Source of the DNA: Leucoraja erinacea
Lineage: Eukaryota
Assembly (NCBI RefSeq): GCF_028641065.1
Contig: NC_073406.1
Span: 13,764,001-13,828,000 of the forward strand
Length of the DNA stretch: 64,000 nucleotides
Reading direction: 5' to 3'
Shown here: positions 61,766 to 64,000 of the stretch, piece after piece
How positions within the stretch are numbered: the stretch's first letter is position 1
How the letters are laid out: every line of letters starts with the position of its first letter
Notes under the pieces: model-generated
Database searches by the model: none
What the model was told of the DNA's origin: nothing
What the model saw: only the letters and a program-made list of their open reading frames with translations
Translations under genes and position numbers: made by a program

Positions 61766-64000
61766 ACCCAGGAAGAAAAGGAACAGCTCAGCTTGAAAGA
61801 GAAACAAGGCTACCAACTAAAAAAATTATAAAAAATGGCATGGTGTAATAGCTTAGGAAACAGTTACTCACATGTAAGATCAAATAAACAATACATGTAA
61901 AAGCATAGAGAGCAAGTGCAACTAGAATAAAGAGAATGTATTTAAAGGACCGAGTATGAAGAAGTGCGACTCAAACGGTCTCAAGGATTTGGAGGGGGGC
62001 AGCCTCCAAGATTTTGAGAAATAGGCTACAATTATTGTTCTATTGCATAAGTGTGCATAGGTAGTTTAGGTATTACTTTGGCATTGGGCTTGGTTGAGCG
62101 TTTATGCTGGTGTTATAGGATAAGTACTTTGTGTGTTTTAACAGTAACTACATTTATTGGGCTCACAACCAATGTATCTCTGCCAACAGTGGCTTGTTAA
62201 GAGTTACAACATAGTTTCTTGAGTTATTTTAAATTACATTTTGAAAGTGAAATGAAACTTTGAATTGGCAAATCTTAACGATCTGAAATGTCAGCTCAGA
62301 GTCAACATCGATGTCCCCTCACCTGCTGAGTATTTCTAGTAATTGCTGTAAACCTTACAGTACATTAAACTAGGTGACAGGAAATGAGGATCCTCAAATG
62401 GTTCAAATATGTCATTAAGATATTATGAAGGCAATGTTTCAGTGGCCTTTTGCTATCTGATCATTAATACATCGGGTGATATATATAGATAATTACTTTT
62501 GCCGACTTTTCTTATTCATAGGAGGTTCAGCAAACCGAATAAAGGAGTAATTGTGGTGAATTTTCCAGAAGTGTATCTGTTTATTAAAATCTAATACTGG
62601 ACAATGTGAGAAGGGATCTCATTACAGGCATGAAATGGGTAGAAAGATATTTTACAACTTCCATATAATATACTTAATAAATGTTCAGAAGCCAAGATTC
62701 AGCCTAAATCAATATTTTTATTCATATTGTAAACCATTCTGCATAGATCTCATAGGTCAGGTTTTGAATGCAAACCAGCTTAAAACGTGCAGTATCATCC
62801 AAGATTCACAATTCACCTTGTATGTTGTCTCTCTCATTTTTATGGAATTCTTTCACTCTCCGCTCCCACCCACAGCCCCGTTTCCTCAACGGACCCTGCC
62901 CCTCACCCACAAATTATGAAGATAAAATGTCCAAAATTAATAACCCCCGAATAAGACTGCAGTGAAAAGCTTCATTTAAATCAAGTGATCACAATGACCA
63001 AATGTTATAATGATGGTCATTTAAAATAAAAACTTACGACATCAGCTATATAACCTTGTTCACTGGAATAAAATATAAAACAACAAAATTAGCAAGTGGA
63101 TGCTGCTAAATTCCTCGCCTGACCCCTTCAATATGAAGAACATGTATTTCCATATTTTAAAAAAATAAAGCCGCATTCCAAACACCGTAAATTATTTCAA
63201 AGCCACAGTAAGAATACTTTTAAGTTAAAATATAAATGAATTCTCACTGTGTGTCTTCCGGAAATCTTAGTTTTATTCTATTGCAAAAATAAAATCAATT
63301 CCACCAAGCTACAGAGAAAAAATAACAAAATCCCTGTGGTTTTATGATTCAAAGCCATTGGAGGGCATTATGAGAAGGTAAGGAGGTTTTAATAGATCCT
63401 GCTATAAAAAGCAATCTCACCTTTTAAGTTATATCAATATTCTGGCCTTTTACAAGGTTAATAGAGGAGACAGATGAAATTGCATTACTTTGTTCAATGT
63501 TAACACTTATGGTTCAGATAGGTGAAAGGCTACATAAATGTACATCACCAATAATAATTGCCTGTCACAATTAAATATTATTCCTTGACCATTAAACACC
63601 TGTCATTTTGATTATTTTTCCAGTATTTACATCCAATAGCACACTGGTCATGGATTGTAAATTTGACTAACTTGATTGTTTATTACTGATATCTTGAATG
63701 GATCGAAGATATCTTCAAATTTTTACTAATGTTTTTAACCAATTGAATGAATATCCAGCTAAATGAATCCAAACTGAAATAAATATCCAGCTAAATGGTT
63801 TTAGCAATTCAATTTAAATCAGCTCATAGAAGTGTCAAATGACAGTGTGCAGAAAATGGAATGTTCAAGGTTTTGTGAGTAAAATAGGTTTTGAGGAAAA
63901 CTTAGACAAGATGTCAGCTGCTCGGCAAAGTACCAGCAAAGGCTCAACACTTCAACTTTTTTCCCATTCACATCAGATCCACCCTCCCACAGTGAATCAC

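Overview
Repeat-dominated, apparently non-coding vertebrate DNA. The repeat content (HE1/V-SINE-type SINEs with CR1-derived tails, dense CR1, Rex1/Babar, L2 and Penelope fragments) points to a cartilaginous fish, probably a skate or ray; this is inference. I found no supportable host protein-coding exon, and the ORFs I can recognise are all retrotransposon or transposon remnants. Main observations: (1) about 20 copies of a Penelope-like element (PLE) 3' module carrying a minimal type-I hammerhead ribozyme core (CTGAAGA-stem-GAAACGTC). One copy is directly linked to a GIY-YIG C-terminus inside an 11-bp TSD, one pair is in tandem, and several are head-to-head foldbacks. (2) Three PIF/Harbinger elements sharing a CCTGTC(C/G)CACTT terminal motif, one retaining convergent remnants of both the Myb/MADF-like and transposase genes. 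(3) Several repeat-free, homeodomain-site-rich blocks that look like conserved enhancers. (4) Small repair and insertion scars. Repeat boundaries were read by eye and are approximate unless a TSD or TIR is quoted.
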